Assembly (NCBI GenBank): GCA_025363605.1
Contig: JANYDO010000133.1
Location: 1 to 51,313 of the forward strand
Source: Candidatus Kapaibacterium sp.
Lineage (GTDB): Bacteria; Bacteroidota; Ignavibacteria; Kapaibacteriales; UBA4661
Direction: 5' to 3'
Length of the DNA: 51,313 nt
The translations under genes were made by a program, and so were the position numbers. Positions 15,302-24,571 of this stretch are shown piece after piece; position 1 is the stretch's first letter, and the number at the start of each line of letters is the position of its first letter. The notes under the pieces are model-generated. The model was not told the DNA's origin. It was given only the letters and a program-made list of their open reading frames with translations, and did no database searches.

Positions 15302-18300
15302 ATGATGCACTTTCTACCTTCCTTCTGCTTTTTTTTTCGTCCACGGTGCTTGGTTGTTGCGTGGTGTGTCTTGGTTGTACTCGCTACGATACCTCAACGT
15401 CCCTTGCGGGCACAATCTTTTACCATGTTCAACTCTGAAGCCTCGGGGTTTCCGCTTGTCAAGGCCAAATTTTATGTCTTGAGCAAGGAGGGGCGCCCTA
15501 TCACAGGCTTAAAAGAAGAGGATTTTTCTTTAACGGAAAGCAATGCCGAACGTGAGATTGTATCAGTGGGACTGCCGAATGAATCAGATTTCAAGCCAAT
15601 TTCTGCTGTCTTGACGCTGGATGTGTCCGGCTCAATGACGATGGATGGGCGGATTTTTCTTGCTCAGGAAGCCGCAGCCGATTGGGCTCGGACAATCGCA
15701 CTGGACGTATCTGAGTGTGCTTTTTCCAGTTTTGATGATAACAGCTACATCAATCAAGATTTCACACACTCGCGGACGAAATTACTCAATGCTATCCAAG
15801 GTTTGAAGCCACTGAATGGCACGGACTATGACAAAGGCTTTATTGAGCCGATAACCGGCGCACTCAGTATGGCACGGCGCGGGCAGAATCGGCGTATTGT
15901 GGTGTTTGTAACCGACGGTCTCGGGGGCGGTTCGGAGCGAAAAATCATTGAAGCTGCCCGTAAAGACAGCATTACGGTCTATTGCATCACGCTCGGTATG
16001 AAAATGCCTGCTGTTTTGCGAACAATCGCCGACAGTACCGGCGGTGCGTGGTTTGAGAACATCACCGAGCGCGAAGCTCTTGTAAACATCTATCGGCGTA
16101 TTCTTTTTCAAACACAAAATATTCAGCCTTCCACGATTACATGGATAAGCAAAGCCGGATGTACGCTTAACCGCGAGGCAGCCGTCCGCATCAGCAATAG
16201 CACCAGAATTAGTGCCGGCTCCACCGTGGCAACCGTCCGCTACGTTGCACCGAACTCTTCGCTCGTTCGCATAGCACCGACACCACGCTCACTGACCTTC
16301 CGCGACGTTAGTATGGGTAATTCACAGGGACAGCGTATTACGTTGCGGGCAACCTACCAGCCTGTCACCATTCTCGGCATTGAAACAAACAATGCGCTCT
16401 TCGATATCGGTGGTTTGAAACTCCCTCTCCGCCTAGAGGCTGACGAAACGGCAACATTCACCGTCGGCTTTACGGGTATAGATTCTTTGCCGCATATAGC
16501 TCGAATTGACATTCGTACCGATATGTGCGCTCCGGTATCCATCTTTGCGCGAGCTGTCTATGGCAACAAGCAAGCAGCCTCTACCCAACAAATGCAAGTC
16601 ATCCTGCCGGAGGGCGCATCAACGCTGTATTCCGGTGCAGATACGGTGATTGCGTGGACAGGCTTAATGCCGTCGGATAATGTTGCGTTAGATTACAGCC
16701 TTGATATGGGTACTTCTTGGCAATCAATCACGCCAAAAACAAGCGGTTTGCGCTCTCCATGGCGAGTGCCTCCCGTTTCTTCTACTCGACTCTTGACAGG
16801 TAATGCCCGCCCGATGCTTGTCCGCGCACGACAGGTCTGGACTCCTCAAGAAGTCTCAATAGAACCCGCTGTTACCTTAGATGCACATCTGGGTTCGCTT
16901 TTTACCGTTGCCTTTAGCAAAGATGGCTCGAAGGTACTGACCTCCAGTGCTGACCGCACGGCAAAGATTTTTGATTCCTACACCGGTAATGTATTGCAAT
17001 CCTTCGAGGGACACAATGGTTTTGTCTCATCGGCTGAGTTTAGCCCGGATGAAAAGCGCATTCTAACGACGAGCTACGACAATACTATTCGCCTTTGGGA
17101 TGCTGAAACAGGCGCTCCCTTGCATACAGCGTATGGACAGGGCTTGCGTCAGTTCTTTTTTAGTCAAGGAAAAATGTTCGGTTCAGAAAAATTATCTTTC
17201 ACAAACCAAGATCAGCAGCGTTTTCTCTTCGGTACGTTCTCACCCGACGGTACGGAAATCGTCAGTACCACCGACAACGGTCTGGCTATTCGATGGAAGG
17301 GAGCATTACCGCGTCCGTATGGCTTTATTACCATGTTTGCTGGTGGCTGGCTCTATTCTGCACAGTTCAGCCGGGATGGTAAAGTTATACTCACGGCTGG
17401 TGGCGACTATACAGCACGGCTTTGGAGCAATGCAGCGACGAATATCAAATACTTTGCCGGACATGAAGACCAAGTAACCTTCGCCAGTTTTAGCGCAGAT
17501 GAAAAGCGCATTGTGACGGCAAGTTTTGACAATACTGCTCGCGTTTGGGATGCAAAAACGGAAAAACAGCTTCTTAAGTTAAAACACAAAGGAAACGTCT
17601 GGTCGGCGCGGTATAGTCCCGACGGAAGGCGCATTGTCACCGCAGCCAGCGATGGCGGGGTACGGGTCTGGGATGCTCAAACGGGCGAATTAGAATTAAC
17701 ACTTCCGGGCGAAGCGGGTGGATTTCATCATGCCGAATTTAGTCCCGATGGTTCTCGCATTGTCGGGGCAGGCGTTGACGCTGTCGGTCGGGTATGGGAT
17801 ATTGGCGGAGGGTATTTACAAGAAGCAAACTCCAAGATTTTCAATGTCATAGCACCGATAGCAACGCTACGCGACGTGAACATGGGTGCGATTATGCTTG
17901 GTATGGTAAAAGATTCTGTCTGCACCATACTCTCAAACCTTGATAAATCTGTTGTGCGCGTTCAAGAAATTCGACTTACGGGTTCCCACGCAGAAGATTT
18001 TTCCCTTGTCTCCGGCTTACCACCCTTCGATGTCCCAAGTGGTGGTGCGAAAGCCTTGGAATTCCGCTTTGCTCCCAAAGAGCGAGGTCTCAGAACAGCT
18101 ACACTCGAAGTTATTACATGGACGGATACACTACGCAGCACCATTCGCGGCGAAAGTAATGCAAAAGGTTTTGAAAATGCTCCCAGCGTTAGTTTTGGAA
18201 CACGGCTCTTACGCCGGACATTTGATACCACAATCACTATACTGCGTAACACCGGAACGCTTCCCCTCACTATCGCACGCGCTCAAAAATCAGGACCCGA

Positions 18301-19813
18301 CACGGAGCAGTTCTCGCTTACTCTCAGCCGACGTGCGCCTTTCAGCCTTGAAGCGGGTGACAGTCTGGTTGCAAAAATAACCTTTGCTCCCATAAACGTT
18401 GGTGTGGCAAATGGTGGTATCCGTATGGATATTGCGGGAGTACAGAAGTCTATTGTTGTACCAATTCTTGGCGAAGGGGCAGCAGCAGCTATCAGTGCTG
18501 CGGTAAGTGCAACATTTCTGGACAATACCGGCGCGACGCTAGCCCTTGGTGCAGGCGACACACTCAAAGCACGAGAAGTACGCACCACGCTTATTCGCCC
18601 GCTTTTGAACTATGTGTTTTTCGAGGAAAATTCTGCCGAAATACCCCTACGCTACCAACTTCTTGCCCGCGAGCAAACACGTAGCTTTGACGAAACAACC
18701 TTTGCACAGACCGTAACAACAGCAAGTTTGAAAGCCAAGCAGGTACGCGGCATTGAGAATTACTACCATGTACTGAACATTTTTGGGAACCGTTTGCAAG
18801 CCGATACCAAGCTCACTGCTCGAATCATTGGCTGCAATAGTGATATTGCCGCAGAGCGAGGTAATATGCGACTTTCACAAGAGCGTGCAGAGGCGGTACG
18901 ACGATACCTTACCGCTACGTGGGGCATTGACGAAAAGCGCCTGAAGGTGCAAGCCCGAAGCAAGCCGGAACGCGCCTCGAATAGTACCGATGCTGACGGC
19001 GCTGCTGAGAATCGGCGTGTGGAACTTTTCCTGGAGCCGCAAGAAGCAATGTCGCCCGTTGCCAGCAACGAGGTGCTTTTCACAGCCGAGCCTGATTTGG
19101 TGAGACTGTCTTGTATGGCTACATCGCAAGAGGATATTACCGAGTGGGCGCTTGACGTACTGGCTGCACCCGCATCTACACTTGCCAAACAGCGCATTAT
19201 TACAACGCTTTCCGGCAGTGGTGCGCCTCCGCTCACACAAGAGTATCGCCTGAGCAGTGCCGACTTGCGTAATATCAGTGCTATTGGTAAGATTGCGCAA
19301 ATGCAGTTTCGCCTACGAGCAATCAATCGTGCAGGGCAATTTGTGAGCACCCAAACCCTGCCAATCCTTGTTTCGTCAGAGTCATTGCGCGATGTTCGTA
19401 CAATTTCTGATTCGACAAGCCGAAACATAGCACTCAAAGATAGCGGACAAGATGAAGAAATAAGCCGTTTTGCACTCACCTTTTTTGATTTTGATAAAGC
19501 AACACTGAGTAATCAAAATGCTCAAATTATCAATGTTGTCAAAAGCCGTATCAAACCTGAGACAGAAGCACTTATCATTGGTTACACCGACCGCGTAGGC
19601 GATGCCGCATACAACAAACGTCTTTCTACCGACCGCGCAAAAACTGTTTCCGATATGTTCTCAGGTATGAATACCTCGCGCAAAACGATGAACGGTCTGG
19701 GCGAATCCGTCCTGCTGTACGACAACGATCTTCCCGAAGGGCGCTTTTACTGCCGCATGGTGGAAATTATGCTTCGCAATAGTGGCAAAAATGCAAGGCA
19801 GTCAGCTCCATAA
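15302..19813 (+). CDS. exported multidomain protein: vWA (MIDAS) + Ig-like modules + 7x WD40 + Ig-like modules + two OmpA_C-like peptidoglycan-binding domains
   Basis: Signal peptide (...LATIPQRPLRAQ). The vWA domain has LTLDVSGSM...NGTDY...VFVTDG (about nt 15584-16112). WD40 blades include SADRTAKIFD, SYDNTIRLWDAETG, GGDYTARLWS, SFDNTARVWDAKT, ASDGGVRVWDAQTG and GVDAVGRVWDI (about nt 16881-17810). OmpA-like domain 1 has RLSQERAEAVRRYL...AENRRVELF (about 18598-19040). OmpA-like domain 2 has IIGYTDRVGDAAYNKRLSTDRAKTV (about 19470-19790). Confidence 0.85.
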   Translation: MMHFLPSFCFFFRPRCLVVAWCVLVVLATIPQRPLRAQSFTMFNSEASGFPLVKAKFYVLSKEGRPITGLKEEDFSLTESNAEREIVSVGLPNESDFKPISAVLTLDVSGSMTMDGRIFLAQEAAADWARTIALDVSECAFSSFDDNSYINQDFTHSRTKLLNAIQGLKPLNGTDYDKGFIEPITGALSMARRGQNRRIVVFVTDGLGGGSERKIIEAARKDSITVYCITLGMKMPAVLRTIADSTGGAWFENITEREALVNIYRRILFQTQNIQPSTITWISKAGCTLNREAAVRISNSTRISAGSTVATVRYVAPNSSLVRIAPTPRSLTFRDVSMGNSQGQRITLRATYQPVTILGIETNNALFDIGGLKLPLRLEADETATFTVGFTGIDSLPHIARIDIRTDMCAPVSIFARAVYGNKQAASTQQMQVILPEGASTLYSGADTVIAWTGLMPSDNVALDYSLDMGTSWQSITPKTSGLRSPWRVPPVSSTRLLTGNARPMLVRARQVWTPQEVSIEPAVTLDAHLGSLFTVAFSKDGSKVLTSSADRTAKIFDSYTGNVLQSFEGHNGFVSSAEFSPDEKRILTTSYDNTIRLWDAETGAPLHTAYGQGLRQFFFSQGKMFGSEKLSFTNQDQQRFLFGTFSPDGTEIVSTTDNGLAIRWKGALPRPYGFITMFAGGWLYSAQFSRDGKVILTAGGDYTARLWSNAATNIKYFAGHEDQVTFASFSADEKRIVTASFDNTARVWDAKTEKQLLKLKHKGNVWSARYSPDGRRIVTAASDGGVRVWDAQTGELELTLPGEAGGFHHAEFSPDGSRIVGAGVDAVGRVWDIGGGYLQEANSKIFNVIAPIATLRDVNMGAIMLGMVKDSVCTILSNLDKSVVRVQEIRLTGSHAEDFSLVSGLPPFDVPSGGAKALEFRFAPKERGLRTATLEVITWTDTLRSTIRGESNAKGFENAPSVSFGTRLLRRTFDTTITILRNTGTLPLTIARAQKSGPDTEQFSLTLSRRAPFSLEAGDSLVAKITFAPINVGVANGGIRMDIAGVQKSIVVPILGEGAAAAISAAVSATFLDNTGATLALGAGDTLKAREVRTTLIRPLLNYVFFEENSAEIPLRYQLLAREQTRSFDETTFAQTVTTASLKAKQVRGIENYYHVLNIFGNRLQADTKLTARIIGCNSDIAAERGNMRLSQERAEAVRRYLTATWGIDEKRLKVQARSKPERASNSTDADGAAENRRVELFLEPQEAMSPVASNEVLFTAEPDLVRLSCMATSQEDITEWALDVLAAPASTLAKQRIITTLSGSGAPPLTQEYRLSSADLRNISAIGKIAQMQFRLRAINRAGQFVSTQTLPILVSSESLRDVRTISDSTSRNIALKDSGQDEEISRFALTFFDFDKATLSNQNAQIINVVKSRIKPETEALIIGYTDRVGDAAYNKRLSTDRAKTVSDMFSGMNTSRKTMNGLGESVLLYDNDLPEGRFYCRMVEIMLRNSGKNARQSAP

Positions 19814-19843
19814 ATCATCCTTTTCATCATTCTTTGCTACCAA

Positions 19844-20554
19844 ATGAGACTTTTATTGTTTGATATTGACGGTACACTTGTTTCTGTGGAACGCACAGCT
19901 TCTCGCGCCATGTTGCGGAAAGTAGTAGAAGAAATATTTTCCGTTGTGCTACCGGCAGACTTTGAATTCCAACTTGGCGGTAAAACCGATTATCAAATCA
20001 TGACAGAAGTAGCACAAACGCTTGGTCTGCCGATAACGATGGTCGAAGAGCAAAAAGAGAGAATACATCAAACTCTCACTGCGCATACAGAACCACTTTC
20101 GACACCGACAACTATGCAGCTACTCGAAGGCGTGCGTACGCTCATAGAGACCCTTGCGGCACGGGAGGACGTTGCGCTTGCTTTACTCACGGGCAATATT
20201 GAATCAACGGCATATCTCAAGCTCCGTCCGCACGGTCTGGACAGCTATTTCCCTATTGGAGCTTTTGGCTCCGACCACATAGACCGTGCTATGCTCCCGC
20301 CGATTGCCTTGCAACGGGCAAATAGGCATTACACTCGTCTGGCACGAGAAGGAAAAAAGTTTTCTTCCGAAAACACACTCATTATCGGTGACACACTCAA
20401 CGATATTCGCTGCGCCAAAGCTCACAGTATCAAGACACTAGCCGTCGCAACAGGCACAGTCAGCATACAAACGCTCCGCCAAGCGGGCGCGGAATATGTC
20501 GTGGAAAATTTTGTGGATGTGCGCGCAATTACAGATATTGCGACGAATTTTTGA
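19844..20554 (+). CDS. HAD-superfamily hydrolase (phosphatase-like)
   Basis: Motif I LLLFDIDGTLV and motif IV GDTLNDIRCA. The 236-aa size is typical of subfamily IA. Confidence 0.75.
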   Translation: MRLLLFDIDGTLVSVERTASRAMLRKVVEEIFSVVLPADFEFQLGGKTDYQIMTEVAQTLGLPITMVEEQKERIHQTLTAHTEPLSTPTTMQLLEGVRTLIETLAAREDVALALLTGNIESTAYLKLRPHGLDSYFPIGAFGSDHIDRAMLPPIALQRANRHYTRLAREGKKFSSENTLIIGDTLNDIRCAKAHSIKTLAVATGTVSIQTLRQAGAEYVVENFVDVRAITDIATNF

Positions 20555-20628
20555 GGAATAGTCCGAATCCGTTCCACACATCTTGTACATCTTGTTTCTG
20601 TCTTTCGCCATTATTTGTTCATACCACT

Positions 20629-21345
20629 ATGAAAACGGCTGCATTGCATACTCCACCCGAAAAGCGTATTATTATTGCCCTCGATGGTCCGGCAGGATCG
20701 GGCAAAAGCACGACCGCACGGCGTGTAGCAGAGGCACTACATTATATCTACATTGATACCGGTGCGATGTATCGGGCTATCACACTAGCTGCTCTCAGAG
20801 AGGAGCGCTCGCTTACGAACTCAGATTTGATGCCCATTGTGAAAGAATATCGGTTGGAACTAACGACAACCCCCGATGGGCAACGCACAATTCTGGGACG
20901 CGAAGATGTCACCAACGAAATACGCTCGCCTGAAGTCACAAAACTCGTCAGTGCCGTGAGCGCTCTGCCTTCGGTACGCGAGGCGATGACAAAGCGTCAA
21001 CGCGAAATGGGTCAGAATGGTGGTGTCGTGATGGATGGACGTGACATTGGTACGGTCGTTTTTCCGGAGGCAGAACTGAAAGTATTTTTAATCGCCTCGC
21101 TGGAGGAGCGGGCTAAGCGCCGTTTAGCAGAGTTGACGGGAACTGATGGCGGCAGCCACGCGATAACACTAGAGGAGATGTGCCATCAAATCCATGAACG
21201 CGATAAACAAGATACAGAGCGCTTAGTAAGCCCACTTCGGAAAGCAGCGGACGCAGTGGAAATAGACACATCGCAGTTGAGTATTGACCAGCAAACCGAA
21301 CAGATTATCACACTCGCACAAGCACGTATTGGCAGCAATAGGTAG
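20629..21345 (+). CDS. cmk: cytidylate kinase
   Basis: P-loop IIIALDGPAGSGKSTTARRVA, YIDTGAMYRA and VMDGRDIGTVVFP. The ATG at 20629 is preferred over the TTG extension at 20551. Confidence 0.9.
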   Translation: MKTAALHTPPEKRIIIALDGPAGSGKSTTARRVAEALHYIYIDTGAMYRAITLAALREERSLTNSDLMPIVKEYRLELTTTPDGQRTILGREDVTNEIRSPEVTKLVSAVSALPSVREAMTKRQREMGQNGGVVMDGRDIGTVVFPEAELKVFLIASLEERAKRRLAELTGTDGGSHAITLEEMCHQIHERDKQDTERLVSPLRKAADAVEIDTSQLSIDQQTEQIITLAQARIGSNR

Positions 21346-21507
21346 AAAACAGGTTGTGTTGAAATGAGAGAAAATTGTATATTTATCCCGCACTTATTTG
21401 CTTCGCCATTTTGGTTATCTGCATTGAGAAGTTGTTGTTATTTCTTACGCTTACGCTTTATCCTTGTACGCTTCACCACCGACTGACCTATTTTTGACGA
21501 TACTTTT

Positions 21508-21819
21508 ATGAAAACCACCCACCAATCCCAACAGCACTCCAAGCTTGTGCTTACCCTTGAGCAAAAATGTCGCGTCATTCTGGAGCGTATGGCACAAGTA
21601 GCCCGCGAAGGCGACGATATTATTCTACGAAACAATGAAGAAGGCAATTCTTTGACTGTCTATGTTGGCTTCGGACGAAAAACGTGCGGTGCGGAAGATG
21701 CGACCTTTGAAGAGCTTGTCAGCGACCTCTACCGATTATTTAACAACCAATGCGGCGTTTCGTTTGTCAATCTTCACGATGAAGACGACTGGGAGACCAT
21801 TGAACCGCCCCTTTTGTAG
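21508..21819 (+). CDS. hypothetical small acidic protein (103 aa), no recognisable family
   Basis: ATG-initiated ORF in an otherwise empty 500-nt gap, with no TM segment or signal peptide and an acidic C-terminus (HDEDDWETIEPPLL). Coding status was not verified. Confidence 0.4.
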   Translation: MKTTHQSQQHSKLVLTLEQKCRVILERMAQVAREGDDIILRNNEEGNSLTVYVGFGRKTCGAEDATFEELVSDLYRLFNNQCGVSFVNLHDEDDWETIEPPLL

Positions 21820-21845
21820 CAGAAGATGGTGGCAGATACTTCTGT

Positions 21846-24197
21846 TTACTTGCTGACTTGAAATACCTTCGTGTAAGACATTGTGGGCGATTTCAGCTGC
21901 AACGTATAATTTTGGGTAATGAAGGATGTACTCTCAATTTTAAGTGTAATGGTATGTGTGCCGGGTTCGTACTCACCTTCCGTTAAAACGCTCACTTCAC
22001 GCCCGACATTATCAAAAACAGCAATGCGCACCTTCTCTTTGCGTTTTACGCCGAAGCGCACCGTTGCTTGACTATTGACTGGGTTAGGGAAGACAGAAAG
22101 CGTGACATCGGCTTCGCCATCAGCTTTTGCAAGCGTAGCTCCCACCAGATTTTTGACATCATAACGGTGCAGTACACCTTCCAAGCGGTCAAGCAAGTGG
22201 AGTTGGTTTCGACGAGAATCCAGATAGACGAGAGGAGAAATCGCTTCCGATGTGTTGTAGAGCGGTCTTGAGGCAGTAACGGCAAGAGTTTGAGGGTCAT
22301 GCTCTTGCACATTCAGTGCAGTGCCGGACTGAGTAATGGAATACAAAATTGTTTCTTTATTGTTATAGCCTAAAAAGCGCGAAGCACCACTTAATACCTG
22401 CCCACTCAGACGATTCGTGTTACAATCTACTCCTACTCCACCCACAAAGATACGCTTACCGACGGCATCGTACGCAAGGAGATTTTCAGCCCATAGGCTC
22501 ATTGCAGAAGTCCAGTGATTAGCGAGATTGAGTGAATCAATAAGGACGGATGTATTGAGATTGTATATGTTCAGCCGTTTTTGGTTGGTGCGGAGTACAT
22601 AAAGTTTGTTGACGGCAGGAGCAAAGGCTATTTGAATTTTGCCAACTCCACTCTCACTTGCATTGAAATTATAGCCCCAAATTTTAAGAGATTTCTCGGT
22701 AGCCGAGCTTGCAAGGTCAAGGACAGCAATCGTTTTATATTCCGGCATAGCGACATACATTTTTTGCTTTACTCGGTCAAGGCACATGGTGGAAAGTGCT
22801 TCACTACGCTGTTCTTTGTATCCAAAGATAGGAGATTTACCAACGGCAGTATTCGTAAAAGTCGAAAGAATATAGACGGCGTTTTCTTGGTGTGCCAGCG
22901 CAAAAATACGACCCCGCGCCGAGTCGGTAGCAAAGGTGGTCGTCCATGTGCCGGTAGGAACATCATTGAGCTCTTGTCCGATGAAACTATACAACCATAG
23001 CCGCTGACTTTTACCAAGATGATTCGCCAGATACATCGTCATTCCATCAGGGGCAAGCGTCAGATCATCGAAATGATACGCCATCTCGGTCGTCATATCG
23101 GACTTGAGCGTGTTCATATCATACCAAAAAACAGTTGATTGCTGCTCTGCGACAACGCCTAGGCGTGCTCGTGTTTCGTCGAGTGCTAAACCGGAGGGCT
23201 TCAATCCAAGCCTGATAGAATCTCGCGTTTCGTCAATAAAGCCCAGAGAAAGAAGTTTCCCAAATTGCCCATGTTCGCCGTGCGCGGCATAACCATTGTC
23301 GTTCATTGCGTAAAAGCGCTCATTGGACGGCGCATATACAAAGTGAGAGTATGTGCCATTGAAAGGAACATTTTTCACAAGCGCGTTGCTGCCAAGTTGG
23401 AAAATTCGTACTTGAGTCGGCGTTGCCAGCAAAAAGCGATTCCAGTTCGTATCCACAAAAGCACGAAGAATAGGCGCGGTGCTTGGAAACGTAAGCGTTT
23501 TGACGAGTGAGTGCGGACTGGTAAGGGTGTGCATCATAAAACGCCCCTGACCGCCCGTCGTCGGATCTTTGGCAACGGTATAAAGGCGGTCATGCAAGGA
23601 GTCAAGAGCGATGCAGCCGATAACAAAGGGCATAACAACTGTATCTTTCTGCTCAAGTGTCGTACCGTCGAACACTCGCAAAACGGAACCATCGGCAATA
23701 TACAAACGGTTCTGGCGATGATGCAAAGCTATATCTTGAACGCCAGTCGTGTAGGTGCAGGTGGTAACAACAACATTGTGCGTAGGATTCACCGCATAGA
23801 GGGTTTTCAAAGAATCATGGAATGCCTCACTGGAAAAAAAATAGAGCAAGCCATTGACGGGGTTGACAAGAATACTTAGTCGTTCATTGTTTGGTGCTAG
23901 TGGAGAAGCAAAAACGCCGATCTGTTTCGCACTGTCAATGTCAAGAATGGGAAAGGTCGGAGAAAGAGCAGAAGCTAGATAGGCACGATGGCGCTGCTCA
24001 TCAATTCCAATGGCACAGGGCTGAAGGGTAGGCTGAAAGCGCTGTCCAAGTTTTTGTCCGATTTTGATTGTCTCAATAAGTCGATACGACTGAGTTTGAG
24101 CAGATAAAGAAAAAATATTTCCCAAAATGCAAAAACAGCATACCAAGAGAATTGTTCGGAGCACCATTCCACCGAGAGAGAGGACTCGTAGGTTCAT
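21846..24197 (-). CDS. secreted beta-propeller repeat protein (YVTN/YncE-like blades) with a T9SS C-terminal sorting domain
   Basis: Signal peptide MNLRVLSLGGMVLRTILLVCCFCILGNIFSLSAQ. Blades recur with ..RLYIADG.., ..DRLYTVAKD.., ..ERFYAMNDNG.., ..MYLANH.., ..RIFALAH.., ..KMYVAMP.. and ..KLYVLRT... The C-terminal roughly 85 aa, LSVFPNPVNSQATVRF...IAVFDNVGREV...GTHTITL, match the Por/T9SS type-A CTD pattern. The ATG at 24197 is preferred over the TTG at 24251. Confidence 0.75.
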   Translation of the reverse strand: MNLRVLSLGGMVLRTILLVCCFCILGNIFSLSAQTQSYRLIETIKIGQKLGQRFQPTLQPCAIGIDEQRHRAYLASALSPTFPILDIDSAKQIGVFASPLAPNNERLSILVNPVNGLLYFFSSEAFHDSLKTLYAVNPTHNVVVTTCTYTTGVQDIALHHRQNRLYIADGSVLRVFDGTTLEQKDTVVMPFVIGCIALDSLHDRLYTVAKDPTTGGQGRFMMHTLTSPHSLVKTLTFPSTAPILRAFVDTNWNRFLLATPTQVRIFQLGSNALVKNVPFNGTYSHFVYAPSNERFYAMNDNGYAAHGEHGQFGKLLSLGFIDETRDSIRLGLKPSGLALDETRARLGVVAEQQSTVFWYDMNTLKSDMTTEMAYHFDDLTLAPDGMTMYLANHLGKSQRLWLYSFIGQELNDVPTGTWTTTFATDSARGRIFALAHQENAVYILSTFTNTAVGKSPIFGYKEQRSEALSTMCLDRVKQKMYVAMPEYKTIAVLDLASSATEKSLKIWGYNFNASESGVGKIQIAFAPAVNKLYVLRTNQKRLNIYNLNTSVLIDSLNLANHWTSAMSLWAENLLAYDAVGKRIFVGGVGVDCNTNRLSGQVLSGASRFLGYNNKETILYSITQSGTALNVQEHDPQTLAVTASRPLYNTSEAISPLVYLDSRRNQLHLLDRLEGVLHRYDVKNLVGATLAKADGEADVTLSVFPNPVNSQATVRFGVKRKEKVRIAVFDNVGREVSVLTEGEYEPGTHTITLKIESTSFITQNYTLQLKSPTMSYTKVFQVSK

Positions 24198-24396
24198 AGG
24201 GTATATGATGTAAAACAGCCGAAACACAGAAAAATTTAGCACTGTGACCAATATGTTCTAGTGAATTGCAAAATGTAAGTAGCTCACAAGTGAGCGTACA
24301 GAATGTTGAAAATAGAGAATTTACCGTAATTGTACAAACACGATTTGTGAAGAAGTTTCTCGTTTTGTGAAAACTTACTATCTGCTTCAAAGAACG

Positions 24397-24427
24397 TTGG
24401 TTTTCTGCCAAAGCCTGCGTACTTTTG
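24397..24427 (+). promoter_or_regulatory. candidate FCB-type sigma-A promoter (TTG ... TAnnTTTG) for the amylase gene
   Basis: TTG at 24397-24399, then 20 nt, then TACTTTTG at 24420-24427, an exact match to the Bacteroidetes -7 motif TAnnTTTG. It lies 145 nt upstream of the ATG at 24572. Confidence 0.25.
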
Positions 24428-24571
24428 TCGGCGTGTTGTTTGTGTGCATTTGCTCACAATGCTGTGGCAAATATTATCACGCTTTGCTAAGTACACTTCG
24501 CTTTGTAAAGACTGCCGAACAGCAAATTTAAGGTGTTTATTTTTACGATTATTTCTTGAGGAGAGACGATT

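Noticed and set aside
21820-21844. CAGAAG-N13-CTTCTG hairpin between the convergent genes 21508-21819 and 21846-24197 as a bidirectional terminator
   Set aside because: The stem is only 6 bp, with a 13-nt loop and no clear U-tract on either strand. It is too weak to report as a feature.
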